Source: Dehalococcoidia bacterium (GTDB lineage Bacteria; Chloroflexota; Dehalococcoidia; Lucifugimonadales; JAGWBF01). Taken from it: a DNA stretch of 64,000 bases. Position numbers and translations under genes: made by a program. Under the pieces are notes generated by a model. The model was not told where the DNA came from and searched no databases. It worked only from the letters and a program-made list of their open reading frames with translations. The stretch is taken from assembly GCA_965116325.1 (NCBI GenBank), contig OZ220675.1, forward strand, positions 449,138-513,137, read 5' to 3'. This document shows positions 43,053 to 54,057 of the stretch, piece by piece (position 1 is the stretch's first letter; every line of letters begins with the position of its first letter).

Positions 43053-44309
43053 ATGTTGAGATCCTACCGGCTGCCCGCCTTCACGCGCACCCATCGGGGA
43101 GTGGTGGTGCTGTGCACCGCCATATTCTTCAGTCTCTTATCCCAGGGCATCATCACGCCGGTGCTGCCCCTGTTCGCCGAGGACTTTAACGACAGCCCCT
43201 TTCTCGTGGGCCTCGCCGTGGGCATATTCGGTTTTGGCCGGGTTGCCATGGGCATACCCTCGGGCGTCCTGGCCCAACGCCATGGCCGGCGCATAGTCCT
43301 GGTTGGTGGGACCGGCTTGGCCACCCTGGGTTCCATACTGGTGCCCTTCTCCGGAAGCCTGAACGAGCTGATGATCTATCGCGGAATAGCGGGCCTCGGA
43401 GGCGGCGCCTACATGGTCGGTGCAGCCATCTACCTCCGGGATGTGTCCACTCCGGAGACCCGGGCAAGATACCAGAGCCTCCAGGAGATGAGCGTGGTGG
43501 TGGGGGTCATAGTAGGCCCCTTCATCGGTGGGTACCTGGCCGAGTGGCTGGGCATCAAGGCCCCCCTGTACGCTCAGGCCGCTGCCGTCGGCATAGGGGT
43601 GCTGATCGTGCAGTTGTGGCTGCCCGAAACCCAACCGGGGCGTGGGGCAACTGGACCGAAAGGCAGTCAGACCCCAGCTACGTCGGGTCCAACGCCCCCG
43701 AAAATGAGCACCCTGCAGGGTTTGAACATCCTGCTGCGTCATCCGGGCTTCGTCTCTGCATGCTTGTTCAACCTCGCAATCGTTGCAAACAGGCAGGGGG
43801 GACGATTCGCCATTATGCCCTTGCTGGGAAGCGCCAAGGGATTTGGCCCCGGGCAGCTGGGGGTGTTCCTTACGGTGACCCACATCCCCCAGCTCATGTT
43901 CCTTCCCCTCACCGCCTTCATCTCGGACCGGTTCGGAAGGGTGGCCACTGTGCTTCCAGCAGCGGCCTCCATCATCCTTGGCATAGCGTTATTCCTGTAT
44001 GCCGACAACATCTACTTTCTTCTTCTTTCGGCGGTATTTCTGGGCATGGGCGAAGGACTGGCGGGTCCGCCCCCAACAGCCTATGTTGCCGATGCAGCGC
44101 CAGCCGGGGCCGAGGGCATCACCCTGGGCCTGTTCAGGACCATAGGAGGCGCCGGATTCCTGGGAGGAGCGCTTCTCTTCGGGGGCCTTTCCGACCTCTT
44201 CAGCATCCGATGGGCATTGTGGATCGACAGCATGATCGTGGCGGCCGCATCGGTGAACTTCGTGCTGGTCGCCAGCAGAAGTATCGGGAAGAGCAAGCCA
44301 CTTTCCTGA
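43053..44309 (+). CDS. MFS transporter (12 TM)
   Basis: Hydrophobic profile with a motif-A-like GVLAQRHGRRIV. Confidence 0.8.
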   Translation: MLRSYRLPAFTRTHRGVVVLCTAIFFSLLSQGIITPVLPLFAEDFNDSPFLVGLAVGIFGFGRVAMGIPSGVLAQRHGRRIVLVGGTGLATLGSILVPFSGSLNELMIYRGIAGLGGGAYMVGAAIYLRDVSTPETRARYQSLQEMSVVVGVIVGPFIGGYLAEWLGIKAPLYAQAAAVGIGVLIVQLWLPETQPGRGATGPKGSQTPATSGPTPPKMSTLQGLNILLRHPGFVSACLFNLAIVANRQGGRFAIMPLLGSAKGFGPGQLGVFLTVTHIPQLMFLPLTAFISDRFGRVATVLPAAASIILGIALFLYADNIYFLLLSAVFLGMGEGLAGPPPTAYVADAAPAGAEGITLGLFRTIGGAGFLGGALLFGGLSDLFSIRWALWIDSMIVAAASVNFVLVASRSIGKSKPLS

Positions 44310-44414
44310 GGGCCCTCTTGAGGCGGCCAGGTTTGACCTTCAACGATAGCCGTTGCTAGACTGCGAGAGGACAGATGGTGTCGGCGACAGCAGGAAACAC
44401 GCCGAGGTGAGGCA

Positions 44415-46079
44415 TTGACCGAGCAGAGTGACAAGGACGCCATGAGGGAAGCGGGCGCAGTGTGGGCGAGCAGCGCGGCAGGCGCACCGCAGGCCAGGGC
44501 TGAATTCAAGACTCCCTCCCAGATTCCCGTCGAGGCTGCCTACTCTCCCTTGGACCTGGAAGACTCAGGCTATCCTGGCGGCATCGGGTACCCCGGCGAG
44601 TTTCCATTCCTGCGGGGGGTCCACCCCACGGGGTACCGAGGCCGCCTCTGGACCATGCGCATGTTCGCGGGCTACGGGACGGCAGAGGAGACCAACCAGC
44701 GGTTCAAGTACCTCTTGGAGAACGGCCAGACCGGCCTGAGCGTCGCCTTCGACATGCCCACTCTCTACGGCTACGACACCGACGCCCCCCAGGCCGCCGG
44801 GGAGTTCGGCAAGTGCGGCGTCGCCGTCTCCTCCCTGGCGGACATGGAGGTGCTTTTCGACGAAATCCCCCTGCAGGGGATAACCACCTCCATGACTATA
44901 AACAGTCCCGCGGCCATCATCTGGGCCATGTACATCGCCGTGGCTCAGCAAAGAGGCTTGGCCATCGACACCATGGGCGGCACCCTGCAAAACGACATCC
45001 TGAAGGAGTACATCGCCCAGAACGAGTACATCTTCCCCCCGGAGCCCTCCATGCGCCTGGTAGTCGACACCATCGAGTTTGCGTCGCGGCACATGCCTCG
45101 CTGGAATCCCATCAGCATCAGCGGCTACCACATCAGGGAAGCTGGCGCCACCGCCGTCCAGGAGCTGGCCTTCACCCTGGAGGACGGCCGGGAGTATGTC
45201 CGCTGGGGATTGGAACGCGGGCTGGACATAGACGACTTTGCTCCCCGCCTCAGCTTCTTCTTCAACGTCGACAATTACTTCTTTGAGGAGATAGCCAAGC
45301 TGCGGGCTGCCCGCAAGATCTGGGCCCAGGAGATGCGGGACACCTTCCACGCAAAGGACACCCGCTCATGGTGGATGCGCACCCATGCCCAGACGGCTGG
45401 CTGGACGCTGACCGCCCAGCAGCCGGAGAACAACGCCATCAGGGTGGGCATCCAGGCGCTGGCGGCGGTGCTGGGGGGCGCCCAGTCTCTGCACACCAAC
45501 TCCATGGACGAAGCATGGGCCCTCCCCTCCCAGGAAGCCGTGCTCCTGGCCCTGCGCACCCAGCAGATCATTGCCCATGAGAGTGGCGTAGCCAACACCG
45601 TAGACCCCTTGGGGGGCAGCTACTACCTGGAGTCTCTCACCCAGCAGGTGGAATCGGAGGCGTACGACTACTTCCAGCGCATCGAGAAGCTGGGAGGGGT
45701 CCTGCCCTCCATCGAAATGGGCTACTTCCAGCAGGAGATCGCCGGCGCCGCCTACCGGTACCAGCAGGAGGTTGACCGGGGAGAGCGGGTGACCGTCGGG
45801 GTGAACAAATTCGTCACCGGCGAAGCCCCTGAGATACCCCTCCTGAGGATGGATGAGGAGGGGGAGGCCCTCCACCTGGAGCGTCTGAACGATGTGCGGC
45901 GAAGGAGGGACGGGAGGCTGGTGCGCTCCAAGCTGGAGGAGCTGGGCCAAGCGGCCCGGGGCAGCGAGAACCTCATGGTACCCTTGATCGAGGCGGTCAA
46001 GGCCTACGCCACCCTGGGTGAGATGATGGATGTGCTCCGGGAAGTGTTCGGCGAGTACCAGCCCACCTGGGGGTACTAG
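44415..46079 (+). CDS. methylmalonyl-CoA mutase-family large (catalytic) subunit, no B12-binding domain
   Basis: [26 protein letters not shown] and [24 protein letters not shown]. The start codon is TTG. Confidence 0.85.
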   Translation: MTEQSDKDAMREAGAVWASSAAGAPQARAEFKTPSQIPVEAAYSPLDLEDSGYPGGIGYPGEFPFLRGVHPTGYRGRLWTMRMFAGYGTAEETNQRFKYLLENGQTGLSVAFDMPTLYGYDTDAPQAAGEFGKCGVAVSSLADMEVLFDEIPLQGITTSMTINSPAAIIWAMYIAVAQQRGLAIDTMGGTLQNDILKEYIAQNEYIFPPEPSMRLVVDTIEFASRHMPRWNPISISGYHIREAGATAVQELAFTLEDGREYVRWGLERGLDIDDFAPRLSFFFNVDNYFFEEIAKLRAARKIWAQEMRDTFHAKDTRSWWMRTHAQTAGWTLTAQQPENNAIRVGIQALAAVLGGAQSLHTNSMDEAWALPSQEAVLLALRTQQIIAHESGVANTVDPLGGSYYLESLTQQVESEAYDYFQRIEKLGGVLPSIEMGYFQQEIAGAAYRYQQEVDRGERVTVGVNKFVTGEAPEIPLLRMDEEGEALHLERLNDVRRRRDGRLVRSKLEELGQAARGSENLMVPLIEAVKAYATLGEMMDVLREVFGEYQPTWGY

Positions 46080-46105
46080 AAGGCGGGGCCGCACCGCTCT
46101 TTTCG

Positions 46106-46135
46106 TTGACACGCTTTCTGGGCCTCTGCTACACT
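46106..46135 (+). promoter_or_regulatory. candidate promoter of the FBP aldolase/phosphatase gene
   Basis: TTGACA, an 18-nt spacer, then TACACT. Confidence 0.4.
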
Positions 46136-46271
46136 GCCCGTGTGTTGACCTTCCCTCATTGATACCTCGGAACAACGCTGGTGCAGCCCCTGCACCCAGG
46201 GACGCTCATTGTCTCCACCCCTACGACCGCAAAGCATGTTGGCAGAGCACCACCAAATCTAAGGAGCAGCC

Positions 46272-47444
46272 ATGAAGCTAACTTTGTCAATTCTCAAGGC
46301 AGATGTGGGTTCTGTTGGCGGCCATACCAAGCCAAATGACAAGATGATGGATGCCGTCCGCCAAGATACGGAAGCGGCCATAAAGTCGGGGCTGATAATC
46401 GATGGGTGGGTCTCCCACACCGGCGACGATATCGCAATCCTCATGTCTCACACCAAGGGTCCCGACAACACCGACATTCACCAGTTCGCCTGGAACGCCT
46501 TTATCAAGGCGACGGAGATCGCCTCCAGCCACGGCCTCTACGGAGCCGGACAGGACCTTCTGGTGGACGCTCCCTCGGGCAATATCCGAGGCGCAGGTCC
46601 CGCCGTCGCAGAGCTGGAGTTCGACCATGAGCCGGGCAAGGGCAACCCGGTAAGGCCCGCCGAGTCCTTCATGATGCTAGCCGCCGACAAGTGCGGTCCC
46701 GGGGCCTACAACCTGCCCATCTTCCTGGGCTTCGCCGACCCAATGTACTGCGGTGGGCTGATGCTGCCCAACATGATCCAGGGCTTCACCTTCCACATCA
46801 TCGACATGGACAACACCGGCGGGGACAGCATAATCGAGCTGAACGCCCCGGAGGACTACTACCGGATTGCGGCCCTCTTGAGGGACAACGAGCGCTTCGG
46901 CATCGATCGCATCTACTCCCGCACCCAGGGGCAGCAGGCCGCCGCTATCTCCGCCCAGCGTCTGCACAGCATTGCCGGCACGTATACAGGCAAGGACGAC
47001 CCTGTGGCGCTGGTGCGCAACCAGGGCATTTTCCCCGCGCCCGAGGAGCTGACCTCGCCCTTCGCCAAGGCCCACTACGTGGGCGGCGATGCCCGTGGCT
47101 CCCACGTGATGCCACTGATGCCCGTGCCCATAAACACTCCCGTTACCGGCATCTACTGTCTGCCCCTGGTGTCCTGCACCGGCTTCTCAGTTAGCCCCGA
47201 CGGCCATTTCTCCGACTCCTTCGTGGATTTCTTCGACAACCCCGCATGGGATGTGGTGAGGACCAGGGCCCAGGAGAAGGGGATGGAGATGCGCAGCCAG
47301 GGCTGGTCGGGCGCCGCCATGCTGCCCTACACCGAGCTGGAGTACGGCGGCTTCAGGACAACGGTCACCGGCCTCGTGGACCGCTTCGTGTTCCGAAACG
47401 GCAAGGTCGAGGACATCCCGGCGGAGAAAGCCACCGCAGACTAA
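46272..47444 (+). CDS. fbp: bifunctional fructose-1,6-bisphosphate aldolase/phosphatase (class V FBPase)
   Basis: Characteristic N-terminus MKLTLSILKADVGSVGGHTKP, with family-typical blocks throughout. Confidence 0.9.
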   Translation: MKLTLSILKADVGSVGGHTKPNDKMMDAVRQDTEAAIKSGLIIDGWVSHTGDDIAILMSHTKGPDNTDIHQFAWNAFIKATEIASSHGLYGAGQDLLVDAPSGNIRGAGPAVAELEFDHEPGKGNPVRPAESFMMLAADKCGPGAYNLPIFLGFADPMYCGGLMLPNMIQGFTFHIIDMDNTGGDSIIELNAPEDYYRIAALLRDNERFGIDRIYSRTQGQQAAAISAQRLHSIAGTYTGKDDPVALVRNQGIFPAPEELTSPFAKAHYVGGDARGSHVMPLMPVPINTPVTGIYCLPLVSCTGFSVSPDGHFSDSFVDFFDNPAWDVVRTRAQEKGMEMRSQGWSGAAMLPYTELEYGGFRTTVTGLVDRFVFRNGKVEDIPAEKATAD

Positions 47445-47657
47445 GGGAAGCCTGACGCCCTCTCACCATCCGATGCAGTGGTGCGTCGGCCATCCTGAGC
47501 AGCAGGGTGGTTATAGAAGATGTTGGCCATCTTCTGCACCATGGTCCCATTGTCCTTCCCTCGAACGCCAACCCGTTTCGCCAGTCGCGGCCTCCCCACG
47601 GTTCCCCGTTAACCCATCTCGTCATGCTACAATTGTATTGGCGAGAGCGGCGCATCC

Positions 47658-48317
47658 GTGTCATGGCATATCCTGTCGTCTGAACGACAAGCCTCGTCAT
47701 CCGGGAGGAGTACGGTAAGAAAGCTGGTAGTGGCCACACGTAACCCAGGCAAGGTACGGGAGTTCGAGCGCCTGCTGCTGGACATCCCTTTTGAACTGAT
47801 TTCCCTGGATGAGGCGGGAGTTCCCCCGGAGATGGAAGTGGAGGAGACAGGCAGCACCTTCCAGGACAACGCATGCATCAAGGCGAGGGCTTATGCGAAA
47901 GCCAGCGGCTTGTTGACCCTGGCAGAAGACTCGGGGTTGGAAGTGGATGCCCTGGGGGGTGAGCCTGGGGTCAGGTCTGCCAGGTACGGAGGCCCAGGCT
48001 ACGATGATGCCGGCCGTGTCCAGCTGCTCCTGAGCAACATGAAAGATATTCCCTGGGAGGAACGGGCGGGAAGGTTCCGCAGCACCATCGCCATCTCCAC
48101 CCCAGAGGGTGCAGTCAGCACCGTGGAGGGGTCGGTGGAAGGAATGGTCATTTTCGAACCCCGGGGAGACGGGGGATTCGGCTACGACCCTATCTTCTAC
48201 GTCCCGTCCCTGGGAAAGACGACCTCCGAGATGAGCATGGAAGAGAAGAACACCATCAGCCACCGCGCAAGGGCATCCCAGAAAGCCTTGGCGCTGCTGA
48301 GAGACTGGCCTACGTAA
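47658..48317 (+). CDS. rdgB: dITP/XTP pyrophosphatase (RdgB/HAM1)
   Basis: KLVVATRNPGKVREF and GFGYDPIF motifs. The start is uncertain because GGGAGGAG at 47702 suggests a later non-ATG start. Confidence 0.8.
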   Translation: MSWHILSSERQASSSGRSTVRKLVVATRNPGKVREFERLLLDIPFELISLDEAGVPPEMEVEETGSTFQDNACIKARAYAKASGLLTLAEDSGLEVDALGGEPGVRSARYGGPGYDDAGRVQLLLSNMKDIPWEERAGRFRSTIAISTPEGAVSTVEGSVEGMVIFEPRGDGGFGYDPIFYVPSLGKTTSEMSMEEKNTISHRARASQKALALLRDWPT

Positions 48318-48324
48318 CACCCAA

Positions 48325-49353
48325 ATGCAGACGGGACTACTACAGACAACACCTGACGCCTTCGGGAGGCCCCTGCGGGACTTGCGGGTCTCCGTAACCG
48401 ACCGGTGCAACTTCCGCTGCCCCTACTGCATGCCCGCTGAGGTCTACGGCGAGCGGTACCAGTTCCTGCCCAAGAAAGAGATCCTATCCTTCGAGGAGAT
48501 CACCAGGGTGAGCGGGCTGATGGTACAGCTAGGCGTTACCAAGATCAGGCTGACCGGTGGGGAACCGCTGGTGCGCTCGGGCGTCCCCAACCTGGTGTCC
48601 CTGCTGTCCACCATCTCCGACCTGCAGGACCTGACCCTGACCACTAACGGCTATCTGCTCTCGCAATATGCCCAGGACTTGAGGGATGCCGGCCTGCGAC
48701 GGATTACCATCAGCCTGGACTCCCTGGACGAAGAGGTTTTCAAGACGATGAACGGCCGGGGATTCTCCCCCGATCGTGTGCTGGAAGCTGTCCAGGTAGC
48801 GCAAGATGTGGGCTTCGACCCAGTGAAGATCAACTGCGTGGTCCAGAAGGGCGTGAACGACCATACCGTCGTGGACCTAGCCCGGCGCTTCAAGGGGACC
48901 GGATGCATCGTCCGGTTCATCGAGTACATGGATGTGGGCAACCTGAACGGCTGGAAGATGGACGAGGTTGTGCCCGCCCAGGACATCTTCGAGATGATCA
49001 ACCAGAGCATGCCCCTGGAGGCTGTGGAACCCAACTACGGAGGAGAGGTGGCCCTTCGCTACCGGTACCTGGACGGCGAGGGTGAGATCGGCATCATCGC
49101 TTCCGTGACTCGGCCCTTCTGCGGCGCATGCACGAGGCTTCGTCTCTCGACCGACGGCAAGCTGTTCACCTGCCTCTTCTCCGGTCAGGGCACCGACCTG
49201 CGCGGCCCGATGCGCTCGGGCGCCAGCGACGAGGACCTGCTGGAGATAGTGAGGAGCGTCTGGGCTGTGCGGGAGGACCGCTACTCCGAGCTTCGGGCGC
49301 TGGCCACCGCCAGCCCCGGCCGCAAAATCGAGATGTACCAGATCGGAGGCTAG
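48325..49353 (+). CDS. moaA: GTP 3',8-cyclase (radical SAM)
   Basis: CNFRCPYC cluster motif and a C-terminal CxxC..C cluster ([19 protein letters not shown]). Confidence 0.9.
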   Translation: MQTGLLQTTPDAFGRPLRDLRVSVTDRCNFRCPYCMPAEVYGERYQFLPKKEILSFEEITRVSGLMVQLGVTKIRLTGGEPLVRSGVPNLVSLLSTISDLQDLTLTTNGYLLSQYAQDLRDAGLRRITISLDSLDEEVFKTMNGRGFSPDRVLEAVQVAQDVGFDPVKINCVVQKGVNDHTVVDLARRFKGTGCIVRFIEYMDVGNLNGWKMDEVVPAQDIFEMINQSMPLEAVEPNYGGEVALRYRYLDGEGEIGIIASVTRPFCGACTRLRLSTDGKLFTCLFSGQGTDLRGPMRSGASDEDLLEIVRSVWAVREDRYSELRALATASPGRKIEMYQIGG

Positions 49354-49363
49354 AGGCCCAGCA

Positions 49364-49873
49364 ATGCCGGACCCCCAGGACATGACAATCGGCGACCCTG
49401 CCCTGACCCATCTGGACGAGGAGGGCAAGGCTTCCATGGTCGATGTGGGCTGGAAGCCCGAGACCCGCCGAGAGGCCGTGGCCCGGGGGTTCGTATCCAT
49501 GCAGCCTCGCACCCTCCAGCTCATCGTGGAAGGCTCCTTCGAAAAGGGAGATGTGCTGGCCACCGCCCGGCTGGCAGGAATCATGGGCGCTAAGTCCACC
49601 TCCCAGATCATTCCCCTGTGTCACCCTATCCCCATTGACCAGGTGGCAGTGGACCTGGAAGTCGACCGGGAAAGGATCGGCATCCGCGTAACAGCCACCG
49701 CCCGCACATCGGCCAAGACAGGTGTGGAGATGGAAGCGATGACGGCGGTCTCGGTGGCCGCCCTAACCATATACGACATGTGCAAGGCTGTGGACCGGGG
49801 CATCCGCCTGGAGGGCATACGCCTGGTAAAGAAGACCGGGGGCAAGAGCGGGGACATCATCCTGGAAGAGTAG
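49364..49873 (+). CDS. moaC: cyclic pyranopterin monophosphate synthase
   Basis: [16 protein letters not shown] and IPLCHPI motifs. Confidence 0.9.
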   Translation: MPDPQDMTIGDPALTHLDEEGKASMVDVGWKPETRREAVARGFVSMQPRTLQLIVEGSFEKGDVLATARLAGIMGAKSTSQIIPLCHPIPIDQVAVDLEVDRERIGIRVTATARTSAKTGVEMEAMTAVSVAALTIYDMCKAVDRGIRLEGIRLVKKTGGKSGDIILEE

Positions 49874-49891
49874 GTCAGGGGTGTCTGGCCT

Positions 49892-50158
49892 TTAGCGGGA
49901 GCTCTTTGCTTGTCCCAAGGCATGGATCTGGCTCGCGCCGCAGCTTGGGCACTTGAACCGGTTGTTGAAGTAGATCCAGGCGGGGAAAACCAGGAACAGA
50001 GACAGCAGCACCATCTTCTTGATGGACAGGTCCTGCAGGGGCTTGAACTTAATGTTGCACGCTTCGCAGTTAACCTGCAGGTTGCGGTCCAGCCTGTTTC
50101 CACCCTTCCTTACCCTACCGCTGCGATGCCGTCTTCTTTCTCGCCGGGCCATAGCCAC
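49892..50158 (-). CDS. possible LITAF-like zinc-ribbon membrane protein
   Basis: CEAC, then a hydrophobic stretch of about 20 aa (MVLLSLFLVFPAWIYF), then KCPSCG. Confidence 0.35.
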   Translation of the reverse strand: MAMARRERRRHRSGRVRKGGNRLDRNLQVNCEACNIKFKPLQDLSIKKMVLLSLFLVFPAWIYFNNRFKCPSCGASQIHALGQAKSSR

Positions 50159-50179
50159 CCCCCTGTCATTCGGTTTGGG

Positions 50180-50773
50180 CTAAAGTCCCCGCCCCTTTTC
50201 ATACGCTGTGATCCGGTCCTCATGCTGGAGGGTCAAGCCGATGTCATCCAGGCCGTTCAGCAGAGCATGCTTGCGGAAGGCATCGATCTCGAACCCGAAA
50301 GACACCTCTTCGTCGGCATCCCATACCCGTTGGGCTTCCAGGTCTATATTCAGCTGGTATCCCGGACTGGCCAGGGCCTTGTCCAGGATCCGGCGTACCG
50401 CATCCTCAGGCAGAATCACGGGAAGAAGTCCGTTCTGGAAGCAGTTGTTGTAGAAGATGTCGGCGAAGCTGGGGGCGATGACGCAGCGGATGCCGTACCC
50501 ATCCAAAGCCCATGGCGCATGCTCCCTGGACGACCCGCAGCCGAAGTTGCGCCCTGCAACAAGCACCCTGGCATCCCGGTAGCCGTCCTGGTTCAGGACA
50601 AAGTCCGGCTTTGGGCTCCCGTCCTCGTTGAAACGCCATCGGGCAAACAGGAACTCGCCGTAGCCAGTGCGTTCGATCCGCTTGAGGTACACCGCAGGTA
50701 TGATCTGGTCGGTATCGACGCTAACCCGGTCCAGGGGTGCAACGTTGCCCGTCAGCTTCACAAAAGGTTCCAT
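50180..50773 (-). CDS. leuD: 3-isopropylmalate dehydratase small subunit
   Basis: Family pattern [17 protein letters not shown]. Confidence 0.9.
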   Translation of the reverse strand: MEPFVKLTGNVAPLDRVSVDTDQIIPAVYLKRIERTGYGEFLFARWRFNEDGSPKPDFVLNQDGYRDARVLVAGRNFGCGSSREHAPWALDGYGIRCVIAPSFADIFYNNCFQNGLLPVILPEDAVRRILDKALASPGYQLNIDLEAQRVWDADEEVSFGFEIDAFRKHALLNGLDDIGLTLQHEDRITAYEKGRGL

Positions 50774-50822
50774 CTCTTCCTCTTTTAGCTAGTCGGCGTC
50801 AGCAAGGCCTGGGTCCGCCAGG

Positions 50823-52220
50823 CTACCAGTCGCGAATGTCCACGAAATGCCCTGCTATGGCGGCGGCAGCGGCCATGGCAGGGCTGACCAGGTGGGTGCG
50901 CCCGCCCTTGCCTTGGCGCCCCTCGAAGTTGCGATTGGAGGTGGAGGCGCAACGCTGGCCCGGGTCCAGCACATCGGGATTCATCCCCAAGCACATGGAG
51001 CATCCCGCCTCCCGCCAGTCGAAGCCCGCATCCTTGAAGACCGCGTCCAGTCCCTCGGCCTCGGCCTGGCGCTTGATGGCGTTGGAGCCGGGCACCACCA
51101 TGGCATAGACCTTGTCGTTGACCTGCCTGCCCTTGACGACCTCGGCGGCAGACCGCAGGTCTTCCAAACGGCCGTTTGTGCACGACCCAAGAAAGACACG
51201 ATCGATGGCGATGTCTTCGATGCGCATGTTGGGCTCCAGCCCAAGGTAGGCCAGCGCCCGCTCGGCAGACTCTCGTTCGGCCGCCTCGGCAAAGGACGCA
51301 GGGTCGGGCACCCGGCTCGTGACGGGCGCCACCATTCCTGGGTTGGTCCCCCACGTTACATAGGGCTCCAGTTCCTTGGCATCGATCTCCACGACCTTGT
51401 CGTAGGTCGCACCGGGGTCTGAGGGGAGCTGGCGCCACATCTCCACAGCTTCGTCGAAGGCGGTGCCCTGGGGGACCTGGGCCCTCCCCTTCATATAGTC
51501 GAAGGTAACGGGATCAGGGGCTACCATGCCCGCCCGGGCCCCGGCTTCGATGCTCATGTTGCAGACCGTCATACGGCCTTCCATGGACAGGGACCGCACT
51601 GCCTCTCCGGTATATTCGATAGCGTGGCCCACGCCGCCGTTGATGCCGATGCGCCCGATGATGCCCAGGATCATATCCTTGGCCGTAACACCCAGGGGGA
51701 GCTGGCCTTCCACCCTCACTTCCATGTTCTTCGGCTTGGCCTGGCGCAGGGTCTGGGTTGCCAGCACATGCTCCACCTCGGAGGTCCCTATCCCGAAGGC
51801 CAGGGCCCCGTAGGCGCCGTGGGTTGCGGTGTGGCTGTCGCCGCAGACGATGGTCTTGCCCGGCTGGGTGTAGCCCTGCTCCGGGCCGATTATGTGGACT
51901 ATGCCCTGCAGGGGGCTGAACCTGTCGTACAGGGTTATACCGAACTCTTCGCAGTTGGCCGACAGGGCCTCGAGCTGCCTCTTGGATATCTCGTCGGTAA
52001 CGGGCAGGGACAGGTCCCATGTCGGCGTGTTGTGGTCGGCGGTTGCTATGGTCAGGTTGGGTTGGCGTACCTTGCGCCCGGCAAGGCGCAGGCCTTCGAA
52101 GGCTTGGGGAGATGTCACCTCGTGCACCAGGTGGAGGTCTATGTACAGGAGGGCAGGCTGCCCTTCTTCCTGGTGAACGACATGGGCATCCCATATCTTG
52201 TCCAACATGGTCTTCGCCAT
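50823..52220 (-). CDS. leuC: 3-isopropylmalate dehydratase large subunit
   Basis: [15 protein letters not shown] start (ATG 52220, with AAGGAGG 7 nt upstream). Aconitase-family cluster cysteines are present (VCGDSHT; GSCTNGR). Confidence 0.9.
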   Translation of the reverse strand: MAKTMLDKIWDAHVVHQEEGQPALLYIDLHLVHEVTSPQAFEGLRLAGRKVRQPNLTIATADHNTPTWDLSLPVTDEISKRQLEALSANCEEFGITLYDRFSPLQGIVHIIGPEQGYTQPGKTIVCGDSHTATHGAYGALAFGIGTSEVEHVLATQTLRQAKPKNMEVRVEGQLPLGVTAKDMILGIIGRIGINGGVGHAIEYTGEAVRSLSMEGRMTVCNMSIEAGARAGMVAPDPVTFDYMKGRAQVPQGTAFDEAVEMWRQLPSDPGATYDKVVEIDAKELEPYVTWGTNPGMVAPVTSRVPDPASFAEAAERESAERALAYLGLEPNMRIEDIAIDRVFLGSCTNGRLEDLRSAAEVVKGRQVNDKVYAMVVPGSNAIKRQAEAEGLDAVFKDAGFDWREAGCSMCLGMNPDVLDPGQRCASTSNRNFEGRQGKGGRTHLVSPAMAAAAAIAGHFVDIRDW

Positions 52221-52300
52221 GGACGACCCTCCTTGGGCGCGATAGTACCCGTGATGACGCCGGCACACCTAGGGCCGGGGCATCCCGGCTGTTATTCGCT

Positions 52301-53860
52301 TTAGTCGGGTGTGGTCAGGGGCGCCGCCGTCGCTCCCAGGCCCTCCTGGGCGATCATGCGGTTTACAGCGCTCAGGTAGGCCTTGGCGCTGGCGACGATT
52401 ATGTCCGTCGATGCTCCCCTGCCCACGTACATCTCGCCGTTCTGCTGAACACGCACCACCACTTCGCCAATGGAGTCCTTGCCCTCGGTGACCGCCTGTA
52501 CATTGAAGTCGGCCAGCCTGGCTTGTACCCCGGTTGCCCTTTCGATAGCCCTGCAGACTGCATCCACCGGCCCGTTGCCCGTGGCTGCGTCGCTGTAGGT
52601 CTTTTCGCCCGGCCCGGTTACCCGCACCGTGGCTGTGGCGATGTCATGGTCGCCTCCGGAGAACTGGACCTGGTCCAGCAGGTAGGTGGAGGGCTCAATG
52701 GCTACGCGCTTCTCCTCGGCCATCAGGGACTCCAGGTCCCGGTCGGTGACTTCGCTCTTGCGGTCGGCGAGCAGCTTGAAGGCTTCGAACACGCGATCCA
52801 AGTCCTCGCGGGAGAGATGATAACCCAGGGCCTCCAGGCGTGATCGCAGCCCGGCCCGTCCGCTGAGCTTGCCCAGCACCAGGGCATTACCCGGCCAACC
52901 GACCGTCACAGGGTCCATCACCTCGAAGGTCGTGCGCTCCTTCAGCACACCGTCCTGGTGGATGCCCGAGGCGTGGCGGAAGGCGTTCTCGCCGATTACC
53001 GACTTGTTGGGCTGGATGGGCATGCCGGTAATGCGGCTTACCATACGGCTGGTGGGATATATCTGGGTGGTGTCGATGTTGGTGCCGACGTTGAGGATGT
53101 CCCGGCGGGTGTGCAACGCCATGATGATCTCTTCCAGGGCCGCGTTCCCCGCCCGCTCGCCGATGCCATTGATGCAGCCCTCGACCTGGCGCGCGCCCGC
53201 CTGGATGGCGGCCACGCTGTTGGAGACGGCGAAGCCCAGATCATTGTGGCAGTGGACGCTGAGCACCGCCTTGTGCATGTTGGGCACGTTTTCCTGGATG
53301 TTCCTCAGGAGCTGGGTGAAGTGGGAAGGTATGGCATAGCCAACGGTGTCGGCTATATTGACGGTCGTGGCGCCCGCATCGATCACCGCCTCGAGAAGGT
53401 GATACAGGTACTCGGGCGTGGTGCGGGTGGCATCCATGGGCGAGAACTCGACGTCGTCGCAGTACTTCTTTGCCCTTGCCACCATCTCCACCGCCATCTC
53501 CATGACCTCTTCCCGGTTCTTTCGGAGCTGGTGGAGTATCTGGATGTCGGAGCTGGAGAGGAAAACGTGAATCCTCGGGGACTCGGCCCCCTGCAGCGCC
53601 TCCCAAGCCTTGTCCACATCATCGGGATGAGCCCGGGCTAGGGAAGCGATTACCGGACCCTTCACCTCTCGGGCGATGGTCTTGACTGCGTCAAAATCTC
53701 CCGGCGAGCTTGCAGCGAAGCCCGCTTCTATAACGTCCACGCGGAGTCGGGCAAGCTGCTGGGCTATGGCCAGCTTCTCTTCGCCGGTCATGCCTATGCC
53801 AGCCGACTGCTCACCATCCCGGAGGGTGGTATCGAATATTCTTACGACATCTTCCGCCAT
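52301..53860 (-). CDS. leuA: 2-isopropylmalate synthase
   Basis: IFDTTLRDGEQS and HCHNDLG motifs, plus a LeuA-type C-terminal regulatory domain. Confidence 0.85.
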   Translation of the reverse strand: MAEDVVRIFDTTLRDGEQSAGIGMTGEEKLAIAQQLARLRVDVIEAGFAASSPGDFDAVKTIAREVKGPVIASLARAHPDDVDKAWEALQGAESPRIHVFLSSSDIQILHQLRKNREEVMEMAVEMVARAKKYCDDVEFSPMDATRTTPEYLYHLLEAVIDAGATTVNIADTVGYAIPSHFTQLLRNIQENVPNMHKAVLSVHCHNDLGFAVSNSVAAIQAGARQVEGCINGIGERAGNAALEEIIMALHTRRDILNVGTNIDTTQIYPTSRMVSRITGMPIQPNKSVIGENAFRHASGIHQDGVLKERTTFEVMDPVTVGWPGNALVLGKLSGRAGLRSRLEALGYHLSREDLDRVFEAFKLLADRKSEVTDRDLESLMAEEKRVAIEPSTYLLDQVQFSGGDHDIATATVRVTGPGEKTYSDAATGNGPVDAVCRAIERATGVQARLADFNVQAVTEGKDSIGEVVVRVQQNGEMYVGRGASTDIIVASAKAYLSAVNRMIAQEGLGATAAPLTTPD

Positions 53861-54057
53861 GGTATTGTTCTCCCTTCTGACTCTTCAGTTAGGCCCGGAG
53901 GCCATTTCCCAATATCTGTCGGGCTTTGGTCTCAGAAGGGATCACAGGATAACGCAGTCCGCTGCCCCATGGCCTTCCCGGCGCTGTGGGGTTTGGCGGA
54001 CTACGTTATTCATGTCCTCCGTCATGGCATTTATCCCGAACATGCTATCCCCCGTGC

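Noticed and set aside
44310-44414. Cobalamin riboswitch upstream of the B12-dependent mutase gene
   Set aside because: The spacer is only about 100 nt, and I could not find the conserved B12-box.
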